Origin: Heptranchias perlo
Lineage: Eukaryota
Direction: 5' to 3'
Assembly (NCBI RefSeq): GCF_035084215.1
Contig: NC_090333.1
Coordinates: 58,652,001-58,716,000 of the forward strand
Length of the DNA stretch: 64,000 bases
Shown here piece after piece: positions 10,564-21,759 of the stretch (positions within the stretch are counted from its first letter, which is position 1; each line of letters opens with the position of its first letter). Below the pieces are notes generated by a model. The model saw nothing but the letters and a program-made list of their open reading frames with translations. It was not told the origin of the DNA and made no database searches. The position numbers were made by a program, and so were the translations under genes.

Positions 10564-11501
10564 ACCACTTTGGTTAATGTTTATTTTATGCTTTAAAAAA
10601 ATATATAAAAATCACTAAGGTTTAGCCTGTGAAAACTAGAACAGCAAATCATGATACATCAACAATTTACAACAGTTGTGATTATAAAATATTCAGTATT
10701 GGCAATACTAATATGAAACCTGATGAAAAAGACAAAATTATCCCAAAATAAACAAGATTCATGCATCCTTGCAAGTTTCATCGCTAACCTCAAGTACTGT
10801 TCTTGTTTTCATTATCCTAGACAAGCAATGGTTAAAATGGGCTGGAACATTCACAAGGGGCATTCTTGCCCTTATGCAACCCAAGTCACGATCTGACCTC
10901 TTGCCCCTGTTCCAGTCTCCCTATTCAGGCTAATCAAAATTATTAAGATATTATTATAGTTAGAAGTGCACATAGCAAGCATATGAATTGCAAAAACATG
11001 GCTCCATCCTTATAATGCAACGATTTCACAAACTTACAAGTGTATCAGAAATGTTAGAAAAGGGAGAAATGTTTCTTAAACCCTGGTTCTGTGCACTTGA
11101 AATGTTTACAAATCATATCACTGCTTCCAAAATGGATGTGGATATTGTATTTGTTAGACTATGCCAGTGTGTACTAAAAATATAACAAGTATCAAAGAAT
11201 TGTTTTACGCAATGTATGTTATGAAATGCATTTAATATGTAACCACACACATTGTATAAATCATATGTCTGTATCAACCACACTTATTTTAGGTAGCTAC
11301 ATTTATTCAGTAAATACACATTGTCCAAGCTAACTACTTTAATATAAAATCCACAGTTCACACTTTGTTTGAGTTTCATAGACATAAGAATGTAGTTTGT
11401 CTAGGAAAGGGTGGGCTGCATTCCCCAAAAGAGATAAGGGTAACATTAACTGTCTTGCCATTGTCTAGAACACATTACAGTTACCAGCCCAATCTCATCA
11501 A

Positions 11502-11760
11502 GATGTGGAGATGCCGGTGATGGACTGGGGTTGACAATTGTAAACAATTTTACAACACCAAGTTATAGTCCGGCAATCTTATTTTAAATTCACAAGCTTT
11601 CGGAGACTACCTCCTTCCTCAGGTGAACGAGGAAGGAGGTAGCCTCCTTGGAAAACATTTTCCACATCGTTCACCTGAGGAAGGAGGTAGCCTCCGAAAG
11701 CTTGTGAATTTAAAATAAAATTGCTGGACTATAACTTGGTGTTGTAAAATTGTTTACAAT
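11502..11760 (-). mobile_element. Palindromic Penelope-like insertion, copy B, with hammerhead cores at 11670-11708(+) and 11589-11627(-)
   Basis: Same tail and arms as copy A. TSD CAATCTCATCAA (11490-11501, 11757-11768). Stem I extends to TTCAC/GTGAA. Confidence 0.85.
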
Positions 11761-12916
11761 CTCATCAAAATTGATGAGGTTAAGTCTGGCCCCCTCAGCA
11801 AGGTGATAATGTCAGGTCGGCGCTCAGCCGGGATCTTTTCAGCCAGTTGATGAGGCCTTATGATCAATTTTGATGTTAAGTCAGCGTACCACATGATCTT
11901 CAGCTAACTGTATAAATATACAGCTCAAACAAAGGTTCAGGGTGGAGGTGCAGACTAGATTTGTCCAGGCAGATGTAAATGCTGGCAGAAGCCTAACGTC
12001 TGTGTAGTCGGAAGAAGTCTGCAGAAGACAGGATCCAAGGGGGTGAGGACCTTGAGAGGCCCAGGCACAAGCTCTGTCCATCGTGGAAGTGCTTAATATC
12101 ACCAGTTTCCATTCTGTAAACTGCTGCTTAAATACACAATGAATTAAACTGTTCTTTGCAATAAAGTACTTGCCACTGTAACCAATTGGTGTCAACTCAA
12201 ATCTTTCAAAACTGGGAAGTAGCAGAGCAGGGGCTCCCTAAGCGGTGTTAGACTGTATATTCCTAATATATTCTACATTCATGAAAATATATTATACTCT
12301 AAGGAATCAATTAATCTCACTTTTAATGTTATAGCTTTAAGTGTGCTGTTCTGATTGACTTTAATCACTGTACAATATTCCTTCAATAAATGTAACCACT
12401 ACTATATGATACAATCATTTTGAGAGCTGTGTACTTTTATCTACATACAATAACATCTTTTTTCTTAACTCCACCAATTCAATTGTGCTTGCCATTTTTA
12501 TGTAGATACAGTATTTGTGATTTTATCAGTCTGCTATTTGAGCTATTTAAATCAACACCTTTATAGAACCAATAAAGAAGAGCCACATTAAATAGAAATT
12601 AGATCAAGTACTGAAAGAGGCTTTTGGAAAATATAAATATCAAGAAAAGCAAAGATTCCCCTCCCCCCCACCAAACGCAAACCATATGAGGGAATCAAAA
12701 CTTAGATAAGTAATAAAAACAGCATAGTAAAGGGCTTCAGAAAATCAATGAATTTGACAAACCCTATACAGTTCAAAAAGGCAACAACTTCATAATTGAA
12801 ATTATTATGGGGGGAAAACAATCGAATGATTCTACTTACTTATTTGAATTGATACAACTTTTTGTTGTCTGACAAGTGATCCAATTCCAAACTAAATTGC
12901 TGAAATGCAACTACTA

Positions 12917-14559
12917 TCTCGGCCTCCTCCCGATATCCCCACCATCACAGAAGCCAGTCTTCAGCCAATTCGATTCACTCCATGTGACATCAAGAAACGG
13001 CTGAGTGCACTGGATACAGCAAAGGCCATGGGCCCTGACAACATCCCGGTTGTAGTGCTGAAGACTTGTGCTCCAGAACTAGCTGTGCCTCTAGCCAAGC
13101 TGTTCCAGTACAGCTACAACACTGGCATCTACCCGACAATGTGGAAAATTGCCCAGGTATGTCCTGTCCACAAAAAGCAGGACAAATCCAATCCCGCCAA
13201 TTACCACCCCATCAGTCTACTCTCAATCATCAGCAAAGTGATGGAAGGTGTCGTCGACAGTGCTATCAAGCAGTACTTACTCACCAATAACCTGCTCACC
13301 GGTGCTCAGTTTGGGTTCCGCCAGGACCACTCGGCTCCAGACCTCATTACAGCCTTGGTCCAAACATGGACACAAGAGCTGAATTCCAGAGGTGAGGTGA
13401 GAGTGACTGCCCTTGACATCAAGGCAGCATTTGACTGAGTGTGGCACCAAGGAGCCCCAGTAAAATTGAAGTCAATGGGAATCAGGGGGCAAACTCTCCA
13501 GTGGCTGGAGTCATACCTAGCACAAAGGAAGATGGTTGTGGTTGTTGGAGGCCAATCATCTCAGCCCCAGGGCATTGCTGCAGGAGTTCCCCAGGGCAGT
13601 GTCCTCGGCCCAACCATCTTCAGCTGCTTCATCAATGACCTTCCCTCCATCATAAGGTCAGAAATGGGGATGTTCGCTGATGATTGCAGTGTTCAGTTCC
13701 ATTCGCAACCCCTCAAATAATGAAGCAGTCCGAGCCCGCAAGCAGCAAGACCTGGACAACATCCAAGCTTGGGCTCATAAGTGGCAATTAACATTTGCGC
13801 CAGGCAATGATCTTCTCCAACAAGAGAGAGTCTAACCACCTCCCCTTGACATTCAACGGCATTACCATCACCGAATCCCCCACCATCAACATCCTGGGGG
13901 TCACCATTGACCAGAAGCTTAACTGGACCAGCCATATACTGTGGCTACAAAAGCAGGTCAGAGGCTGGGTATTCTGCACCAAGTGACTCACCTCCTGACT
14001 CCCCAAAGCCTTTCCACCATCTACAAGGCACAAGTCAGGAGTGTGATTGAATACTCTCCACTTGCCTGGATGAGTACAGCTCAAACAACACTCAAGAAGC
14101 TCGACACCATCCAGGACAAAGCAGCCCGCTTGACTGGCACCCCATTCACCACCCTAAACATTCACTCCCTTCACCACCGGCGCAGTGGCTGCAGTGTGTA
14201 CCATCCAAAGGATGCACTGCAGCAACTCGCCAAGGCTTCTTCGACAGCACCTCCCAAACCCGCGACCTCTCCCACCTAGAAGGACAAGAGTAGCAGGTAC
14301 ATGGGAACACCACCACCTGCACGTTCCCCCTCCAAGTCACACACCATCCCGACTTGGAAATATATCGTAGTTCCTTCATCGTCGCTGGGTCAAAATCCTG
14401 GAACTCCCTTCCTAACAGCACTGTGGGAGAACCTTCACCACACGGACTGCAGCGGTTCAAGAAGGCGGCTCACCACCACCTTCTCAAGGGCAATTAGGGA
14501 TGGGCAATAAATGCTGGCCTCGCCAGTGACGCCCACATCCCATGAACGAATAAAAAAAA
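12917..14559 (+). mobile_element. 5'-truncated LINE (CR1/L2-supergroup RT, family 2) with complete 3' tail
   Basis: RT motifs GPDNIP, YHPISLLSIISKVME, DIKAAFD, GVPQGSVLGP and MFADD, broken by stops and frameshifts. Ends ...gcccacatcccatgaacgaataaaaaaaa. Confidence 0.92.
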
Positions 14560-15251
14560 TGGATCGTAAAAGGCTTCTAATGTGGCCAGGAATTAAACCA
14601 GGTGAACTACTTAGTTACATTTATCACCATACCACTATTGCAGACAGGACTGAATACCCACCCCCTTAAATTTTGCTTTAGCCACTACAGTAAAGACTGT
14701 TTTCTGTGGTATGAAAGAGAAGTATTACCAATCTTGCCCTGCAGAAGTGGACCTTCTGTTGGCTGCTATGTTGTTTGTGAAGCTTACAGATAAAACCTGA
14801 GAAACCTATGGTCTGATGTTCTGAAATGTAGCTGGGAGCATTCTAATCAGTGGAATTAAGTTTTATATTCTGTGCTATTAAATAATTACTATTCCAACAG
14901 ATGTTTTGGACATTTTGATTGTATTAAGTTGAACAGACCATTTACCCTAAAGGGAGTGGAATATTTTATCCCCTAAATTGTTTTAAATATAAAACCTATC
15001 CAATCTTTGACAGCTGTAAGCAAATTTGGAATAAAATGTCTTCAATTCAAAATGTTGTGATACACTGTTCACATTTTGATCAAAAAATACTGCGACAGTG
15101 TTGCAAAACAAATTTATTCACAAAGATACCAATTCAATAATTAATGCTTTCTAACAAATACACTGCAAAAAATATTTACACTAGTAACATTGTACAGCCT
15201 CAGTGTTTCACGCTTTAAAGTCTGGTTTTGTAACAGTTGTGCTCTGTAGAC

Positions 15252-15359
15252 TCAAGCGTTTTCCTCTGTACCTTCCACTGTCACTTTGTGTACTGACACA
15301 AAATGGTCGAAACCAGATTTGATGACAAATCGTAAGTGTGTAGCTCTGGTCCCATCCTG
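15252..15359 (-). CDS. IFT25: IFT25/HSPB11 last coding exon
   Basis: tgCAG|CAG then QDGTRATHLRFVIKSGFDHFVSVHKVTVEGTEENA*. Minus-strand AATAAA at 15113-15118. Confidence 0.93.
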   Translation of the reverse strand, partial: QDGTRATHLRFVIKSGFDHFVSVHKVTVEGTEENA

Positions 15360-15929
15360 CTGCACAAACACACTTTGTCATTTCACATTCCATTATTTTA
15401 AAAAAAGTTACAGGTGATTGCAACTCGTGTAAAAGAGGGGCACTACAATTGGCTTTGGTGTCTGAGATAGGAAAAAGCAGCCTGTCCAATGAACTCTGCT
15501 GGAAAATACATGCATAGGACATGAACAGAACAGGTCTCTGCTTTGTATAAAGAGTGTCTATTCAGGCTCAGTACTAGAGGCTGCTGGTACCCAGCAAGAC
15601 TCAGCCCTTTCAGGAGAGGAGGGAAAGAAACAGACCTGGGGGGTGGGGTGGGGTGGGGTAGGGAGGGATTAATGAAATGGCACCATTTCTATTGCACAAG
15701 TCACAATACCATTTTCACATGTGTAAAATTGTATTTACCAATACTTGAGATGTATATCTTTGTTTTATTTCATTCCCCAACTTTGTGAGCAGTGCACCTT
15801 GCAATCCCAACATATTCAATATTACTTTAAACTAGCTGTTCAAAGGCCTATTTTGCACCTGGTTTGACACCGCATTGGAAATGTGTAATAGGTACAACAT
15901 TCTGTGAATTTCCCCCACTTTTCCATCAG

Positions 15930-17440
15930 CAGGAAGGTGCTGGCCCTTCACTCAGATGTTTGCCGCAACAATACATCTGGTTCGGGGGGGGGGGGGGGGG
16001 GGGGGGCCGGGACGTGCACCAAAAACTGGGAGGAACGTATTGCTAAAGTAAAGCAGAAACTGGGACTGTGGGATCGACGATCCCTCTCGATCATGGGCAA
16101 GAACCTGGTCATCAGGTGCGAGGTGCTCTCGTTGTTGCTGTACGTGGCGCATACCTCGCTCCTGTGCTGTGACAGTCACCCGAGCCATTTTCCACTTTAT
16201 CTGGAGATCAAAAATGGACCGAGTCCACAGGGACACGGTGTACAAATCTCCAGAGAAAGAGGGTAAAGGCGTGCTCAACGTGGCCCTCATCCTGATGGCC
16301 ACCTTTGTGTGCGGCTGCATCAAGCTGTGCGTAGACCCCCGGTACGCAAACACAAAGTGTCACTACGTGCTGAGGTTCTACCTGTCCCCGGTGTTGAGAA
16401 GGATGGGCCTGGCCACGCTGCCATGGAACGTTCCATCCAGTTGGACTGTTCCGACCCACCTGTCGAAAAGTTTGTGCAGAAAAACACTTTTGACCACAAG
16501 GCGGTCAGCAAGTGGTCTGCACATAACGTCCTTGAGACCCTGCGGGAAAAGGAGATGGTGGATCCTGTTGGTTGGTTCCCCGAGCAGACTGTCAGTGTCA
16601 TTTGGCAGAACGCCTCATCGCCAGAGCTTTCAAACAAGCACCAAGACCGAGCTTGGCTGGTGGTGAGAAGGGCCCTTCTCGTCAGATCCATCATGCACTC
16701 CCGGAGTCTCAGCGCCACCACGCGCTGTCCCCGAGGAGGCTGCAGTGGAGACGAGACCGTCACCCATCTCCTTCTGGAATGTGTCTTTGCAAAGAAGGTC
16801 TGAAGAGAGATGCAGTGGTATATGTCCAGGTTCATCCCAAGCAATTCCGTAACACAAGACTCTGTGCTCTACGGGCTGTTCCCGGGGACGCACACCAAGA
16901 CTGATATCAACCGCTGCTGGAAGACCATCAACTCGGTGAAAGACGCCCTTTGGTCTGCCCAAAACTTGCTGGTCTTCCAGTGCAAGGAGCTGTCCTTGAC
17001 TGAGTGGTGCAGACTGGCACATTCCAAGGTCCAGGACTACGTGCTCAGGGACGCACTGAAGCTGGGTGCGGCCGCCGCAAAGGCTCTGTGGGGAAAGGTA
17101 ACCATTTAGAGCCTTCCTGCCATTGTATACTAAGGGGCTGTAATCAGGGAAAAAAAACCCTCGGGCAGAATGTAAAATTCAAATTGATGTAATGTACCTG
17201 TAATGAATCTGTAATGTACCTGTAATGAATCTGTAATCAATAATCTGTATTGAGTGTAATGCAATGAGGCACCCTAGAGTGTCATGAACCGTAATTATGC
17301 ACAATGTGTTCATTGAAATGTACTTGATATAACCTGAAAATTGTATAATCTGTATTGTGTACGTTTGGAATGTGATACGACAACTGTATTGTATGTATTG
17401 CTGCAAATTTTATGAATAAAGTATATTTTTTTGAAAAAAA
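15930..17440 (+). mobile_element. Tx1-clade (L1 group) LINE 3' portion in IFT25 intron 4
   Basis: Encodes WEERIAKVKQKLGLW..RSLSIMGKNLVI, IFHFIW and the CCHC finger CPRGGC...ETVTHLLLEC. Has a TGTAAT-repeat 3'UTR, AATAAA at 17416 and an A-tail. Confidence 0.88.
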
Positions 17441-17585
17441 ACACCATAGAGATCAAGAACTTCAGCGGCATGAGGGAAATTAAGCTGTTGTGGCACTGCT
17501 CATTGGTGCTCAGGTGAGCTGCCTACCAACTAAGCATTTCATACAGAATATATTACCTAAGTTTTAAAAGATAAAATGTACTTAC

Positions 17586-17629
17586 TGTAAATTCCTCTGT
17601 TTGAAGCTGTTCCTCAGAGCGCTCAAGTT
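17586..17629 (-). CDS. IFT25: IFT25 exon 4
   Basis: taccAG| then ELERSEEQLQTEEFT|GTAAG. 44 nt, phase 1/0. Confidence 0.9.
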
Positions 17630-17762
17630 CTGGTAAAAAGACAGCACCACAACATGAAATATACCAAAAGAATTGGAACAGAGTATTTTTTTTTCCACAG
17701 TGGCCCTAGTGATTTCATTAATGTTTGTATGTAAGTTAAGTAATGTAAGTTAATACACTTAC

Positions 17763-17831
17763 CGCTCTTAGTGAAAGGTTCAAAGTCTACAGGATCACTT
17801 GCCACACTTTTCTCAATACTAAGACTGCGCA
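17763..17831 (-). CDS. IFT25: IFT25 exon 3
   Basis: ttccAG| then VRSLSIEKSVASDPVDFEPFTKS, ending G|GTAAGT. 69 nt. Confidence 0.93.
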
Positions 17832-18173
17832 CTGGAACAGTGAATCAAGTAGAAATGTATTACTTTTGGAAGATCTGGAATTATTTTAAGTTCCCAGTGT
17901 CTTGTTGCATTCTAATCAATGTTAGCAAGACAGTTACATGTTTACTCACATTCATTTACACTGAAATTTACCTAGTAATATACCCATCTCTCTGAATATT
18001 TATTCACCAGGCCAAATGGATGAAATTCAGTTAAAGTTTATTAATAATTAAAGTATTTCTGGTCATTGCACTTTTTTCTTTTGTACATGTACATAATTAG
18101 GTAAAATAGCCCTTTTCATCACAGTAAATCCTTACTTTATTCAGATACAGTGATTAATGATTAAAGATCTTAC

Positions 18174-18280
18174 CATTATAACAGTGAATTTTCATGAAGC
18201 TAATTTGTATAAGATTTGCAAAACTTATGATAAATTCTTGCGGAAACATTCCTGTTGTGATCCAAAATGTTTCCATGTTC
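18174..18280 (-). CDS. IFT25: IFT25 exon 2
   Basis: acacAG| then NMETFWITTGMFPQEFIISFANLIQISFMKIHCYN, ending G|GTAAG. 107 nt. Confidence 0.95.
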
Positions 18281-18679
18281 CTGTGTGCAAAAGTGTGATA
18301 AATGTTAGAAATTCCAGAGAATTGGCATTTTCGTTTTTACAATTTTCATCCCTCCTTTCTGATTCTTTGCTGATTCATGGATTACAGTTTCACAGGTATC
18401 AGCCACCCTTCGGTACTTTGCCGAAGAGGCCATTTTTCATGTCTAAACCTAGACAGTTAGGAGGAGGAAAGGAAATCAACCAGAGTTTCTGTTTCAACTT
18501 CCAGGTTACGATCTTGCAATTATTGCTAGAAAATGTGCACGCCCGCTTGGACAAGGTTTATCATATTTATTTTTCATTTGGGGGTAAAGTCTTTTTATTT
18601 AGTCAGGGTAGCTAAGAGGACGGGTGGGTAACCTGCATCCAGGTGTCTGCCATTATCATTCAGAAGCACTGACCAGGGT

Positions 18680-19405
18680 ACATAAGAACATAAGAAATAG
18701 GAGTAGGAGTAGGCCAATCGGCCCCTCGAGCCTGTTCCGCCACTCAATAAGATCATGGCTGATCTGATCCTAACCTCAAATCTAAATTCATGTCCAATTT
18801 CCTGCCCACTCCCCGTAACCCCTAATTCCTTTTACTTCTAGGAAACTGTCGATTTCTGTTTTAAATTTATTTAATGATGTAGCTTCCACAGCTTCCTGGG
18901 GCAGCAAATTCCACAGACCTACTACCCTCTGAGTGAAGAAGTTTCTCCTCATCTCAGTTTTGAAAGAGCAGCCCCTTATTCTAAGATTATGCCCCCTAGT
19001 ACTAGTTTCACCCATCCTTGGGAACATCCTTACCGCATCCATCCGATCAAGCCCCTTCACAATCTTATATGTTTCAATAAGATCGCCTCTCATTCTTCTG
19101 AACTCCAATGAGTAGAGTCCCAATCTACTCAACCTCTCCTCATATGTTCGCCCCCTCATCCCCGGGATTAACCGAGTGAACCTTCTTTGTACTGCCTCGA
19201 GAGCAAGTATGTCTTTTCTTAAGTATGAACACCAAAACTGTATGCAGTATTCCAGGTGCGGTCTCACCAATACCTTATATAACTGCAGCAATACCTCCCT
19301 GTTTCTATATTCTATCCCCCAGCAATAAAAGCCAACAGTCCGTTGGCCTTCTTGATCACCTGCTGCACCTGCACACTAACTTTTTGATTTTCTTGCACTA
19401 GCACC
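18680..19405 (-). mobile_element. CR1 LINE 3' fragment
   Basis: ORF 18788..19291 contains LVRPHLEYCIQFW and RRMRGDLIETYK. cataagaacataagaa tail. Confidence 0.92.
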
Positions 19406-19857
19406 CCCAATAACTCGTTTTTCTTCTCCCCGAGAATGGCCAGTGGCTCTGGAACTGTGCTCAGTTCCAGTGCCTTCAGAAGAGGAGGAAGAAAAAATTG
19501 GTGCAAAAATAAAATGGGAAAATTCTGCAATGGATTAATGAGCCGCAAAACTTGCTGGAGATTATCTCGTCCTTGGTCTAAAAGTACCAGGACAAAGATA
19601 GTAAAAAAAAAAAATCCCAGATGAAGCTACAATGTATGGCGGGACTGCGGGCGGAGTTCCTGATCTCAGCCGTGTTGCTGTGGGGAGGAAGCACTGAGCA
19701 GCGGCCGGACAAACCATCTGCTGGCGACCGGCTCACCAGCATCGTCAGCCGGGGGAGGTGGGGCACGGGACGGTTGCAGAACACGGGGCAAACTGAGGTG
19801 AGGGAACCATCACACCGTTCAATAGATTCCCAACCTGGGCACTCCCTGGAGTCTGTA

Positions 19858-19958
19858 CCCCGCACCCGGGGGGACACCCGCACCCGGGGGGACACCCGCA
19901 CCCGGGGGCCCGCCCTCTCCCCGGGGGACACCCGCACCCGGGGGCCCGCCCTCTCCCG
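19858..19958. repeat. GC-rich short tandem repeat (cccgcacccggggg gaca) in IFT25 intron 1
   Basis: Four to five imperfect 18-nt and 39-nt units are directly visible. Confidence 0.8.
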
Positions 19959-19988
19959 GATCCACAGAGTTCTCCACCACTTCCTTAC

Positions 19989-20083
19989 CCATCGATGATG
20001 TTCTCCGGCGGATGTTTCTCATCTGCTGATGCCGCTAACACAAGCCGCGTCCCCGCAACGGCCAAACCAAAGTCCCGCTTCAT
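19989..20083 (-). CDS. IFT25: IFT25 exon 1
   Basis: ATG at 20083, then MKRDFGLAVAGTRLVLAASADEKHPPENIIDG|GTAAG. The five exons sum to 423 nt (140 aa). Confidence 0.95.
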
Positions 20084-20295
20084 GTCGGCCTCCCCGTTAC
20101 CACAACAACCCGTCACTTCCGGGCCTCCGCACAACCCTCCCCCCACCCTCGTGGGTCCGATTTAAGGTTCCGGTCCCACGAATTGTAGGAGCGGAGCGGA
20201 GGGAAATAGCCGCGTTTTACAGCTTGTCGGGGAAATCTTGATCGCTGCTCGGCCCGGGACCGCGGGCTGACGGTAGCCTGAAAGTGAGAGTAAGT
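20084..20295. promoter_or_regulatory. Compact CpG bidirectional promoter of IFT25/LRRC42, with candidate non-coding LRRC42 exon 1 (donor GTAAGT at 20290)
   Basis: CpG-rich, with ETS motif CACTTCCGG at 20114-20122. The genes diverge head-to-head. Confidence 0.65.
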
Positions 20296-20334
20296 GTGGG
20301 ACTCTGGGAAGATTGGAGAGAAGGAAATGCCCCC

Positions 20335-21575
20335 TCCCCCCGGGGGTCTCCTTCACTTCACTTCACTCCACTCCCCCCTCCCCCCGGGGGTCTCCTTCAC
20401 TCCACTCCCCCCACCCCCCGGGGGTCTCCTTCACTTCACTTCACTCCACTCCCCCCTCCCCCTCCCCCTCCCACCGGGGGTCTCCTTCACTCCACTCCCC
20501 CCACCCCCCGGGGGTCTCCTTCACTTCACTCCACTCCCCCCTCCCCCCGGGGGTCTCCTTCACTTCACTTCACTCCACTCCCCCCTCCCCCCGGGGGTCT
20601 CCTTCACTCCCCCCCCCCCTCCCACCGGGGGTCTCCTTCACTCCACTCCCCCCACCCCCCGGGGGTCTCCTTCACTTAACTCCACTCCCCCCTCCCCCCG
20701 GGGGTCTCCTTCACTTAACTCCACTCCCCCCTCCCCCCGGGGGTCTCCTTCACTTAACTCCACTCCCCCCTCCCCCCGGGGGTCTCCTTCACTCCCCCCC
20801 CCCCCCCCCTCCCACCGGGGGTCTCCTTCACTCCACTCCCCCCACCCCCCGGGGGTCTCCTTCACTTAACTCCACTCCCCCCTCCCCCCGGGGGTCTCCT
20901 TCACTTAACTCCACTCCCCCCTCCCCCCGGGGGTCTCCTTCACTTAACTCCACTCCCCCCTCCCCCCGGGGGTCTCCTTCACTCCACTCCCCCCTCCCAC
21001 CGGGGGTCTCCTTCACTTCACTACACCCCCCCCCTCCCCCCGGGGGTCTCCTTCACTCCACTCCAACCCCCTCCCCCCGGGGGTCTCCTTCACTTCACTC
21101 CACTCCAACCCCCTCCCCCCGGGGGTCTCCTTCACTCCACTCCACCCCTCCCTCCCCCCGGGGGTCTCCTTCACCTCCCCCCCGGGGGTCTCCTTCACCT
21201 CCCCCCCGGGGGTCTCCTTCACCTCCCCCCCGGGGGTCTCCTTCACCTCCCCCCCGGGGGTCTCCTTCACCTCCCCCCCGGGGGTCTCCTTCACCTCCCC
21301 CCCGGGGGTCTCCTTCACCTCCCCCCCGGGGGTCTCCTTCACCTCCCCCCCGGGGGTCTCCTTCACCTCCCCCCCGGGGGTCTCCTTCACCTCCCCCCCG
21401 GGGGTCTCCTTCACCTCCCCCCCGGGGGTCTCCTTCACCTCCCCCCCGGGGGTCTCCTTCACCTCCCCCCCGGGGGTCTCCTTCACCTCCCCCCCGGGGG
21501 TCTCCTTCACCTCCCCCCCGGGGGTCTCCTTCACCTCCCCCCCGGGGGTCTCCTTCACCTCCCCCCCCCCCCCCG
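20335..21575. repeat. Minisatellite with core CCCCGGGGGTCTCCTTCAC. Variable longer units grade into a perfect 24-bp array (~17 copies, ~21160-21560)
   Basis: Direct tandem periodicity, which translates as (KETPGGEV)n and (PPPRGSPS)n in the ORF track. Confidence 0.95.
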
Positions 21576-21759
21576 GTGGGTTTCATGTACGCAGAGCACT
21601 GGAATTAGTTTTGGGACGGGAGGAGTGGACTCTACGTGAACTAAAATGTTGCCATTCTCTTGGCACCCAGAACAGATAAAGTAGTGGGTGTGAGTTTAAA
21701 CTAGTCAGCTCAGGGGGCTGCATTGGAGTGTGTCCTTTGGATCTGTGCTAGGATTAGTT

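Noticed and set aside
20313-21608. 431-aa proline-rich ORF and overlapping ORFs on both strands
   Set aside because: These are translations of a stop-free minisatellite in an intron, with non-ATG starts and open frames on both strands.
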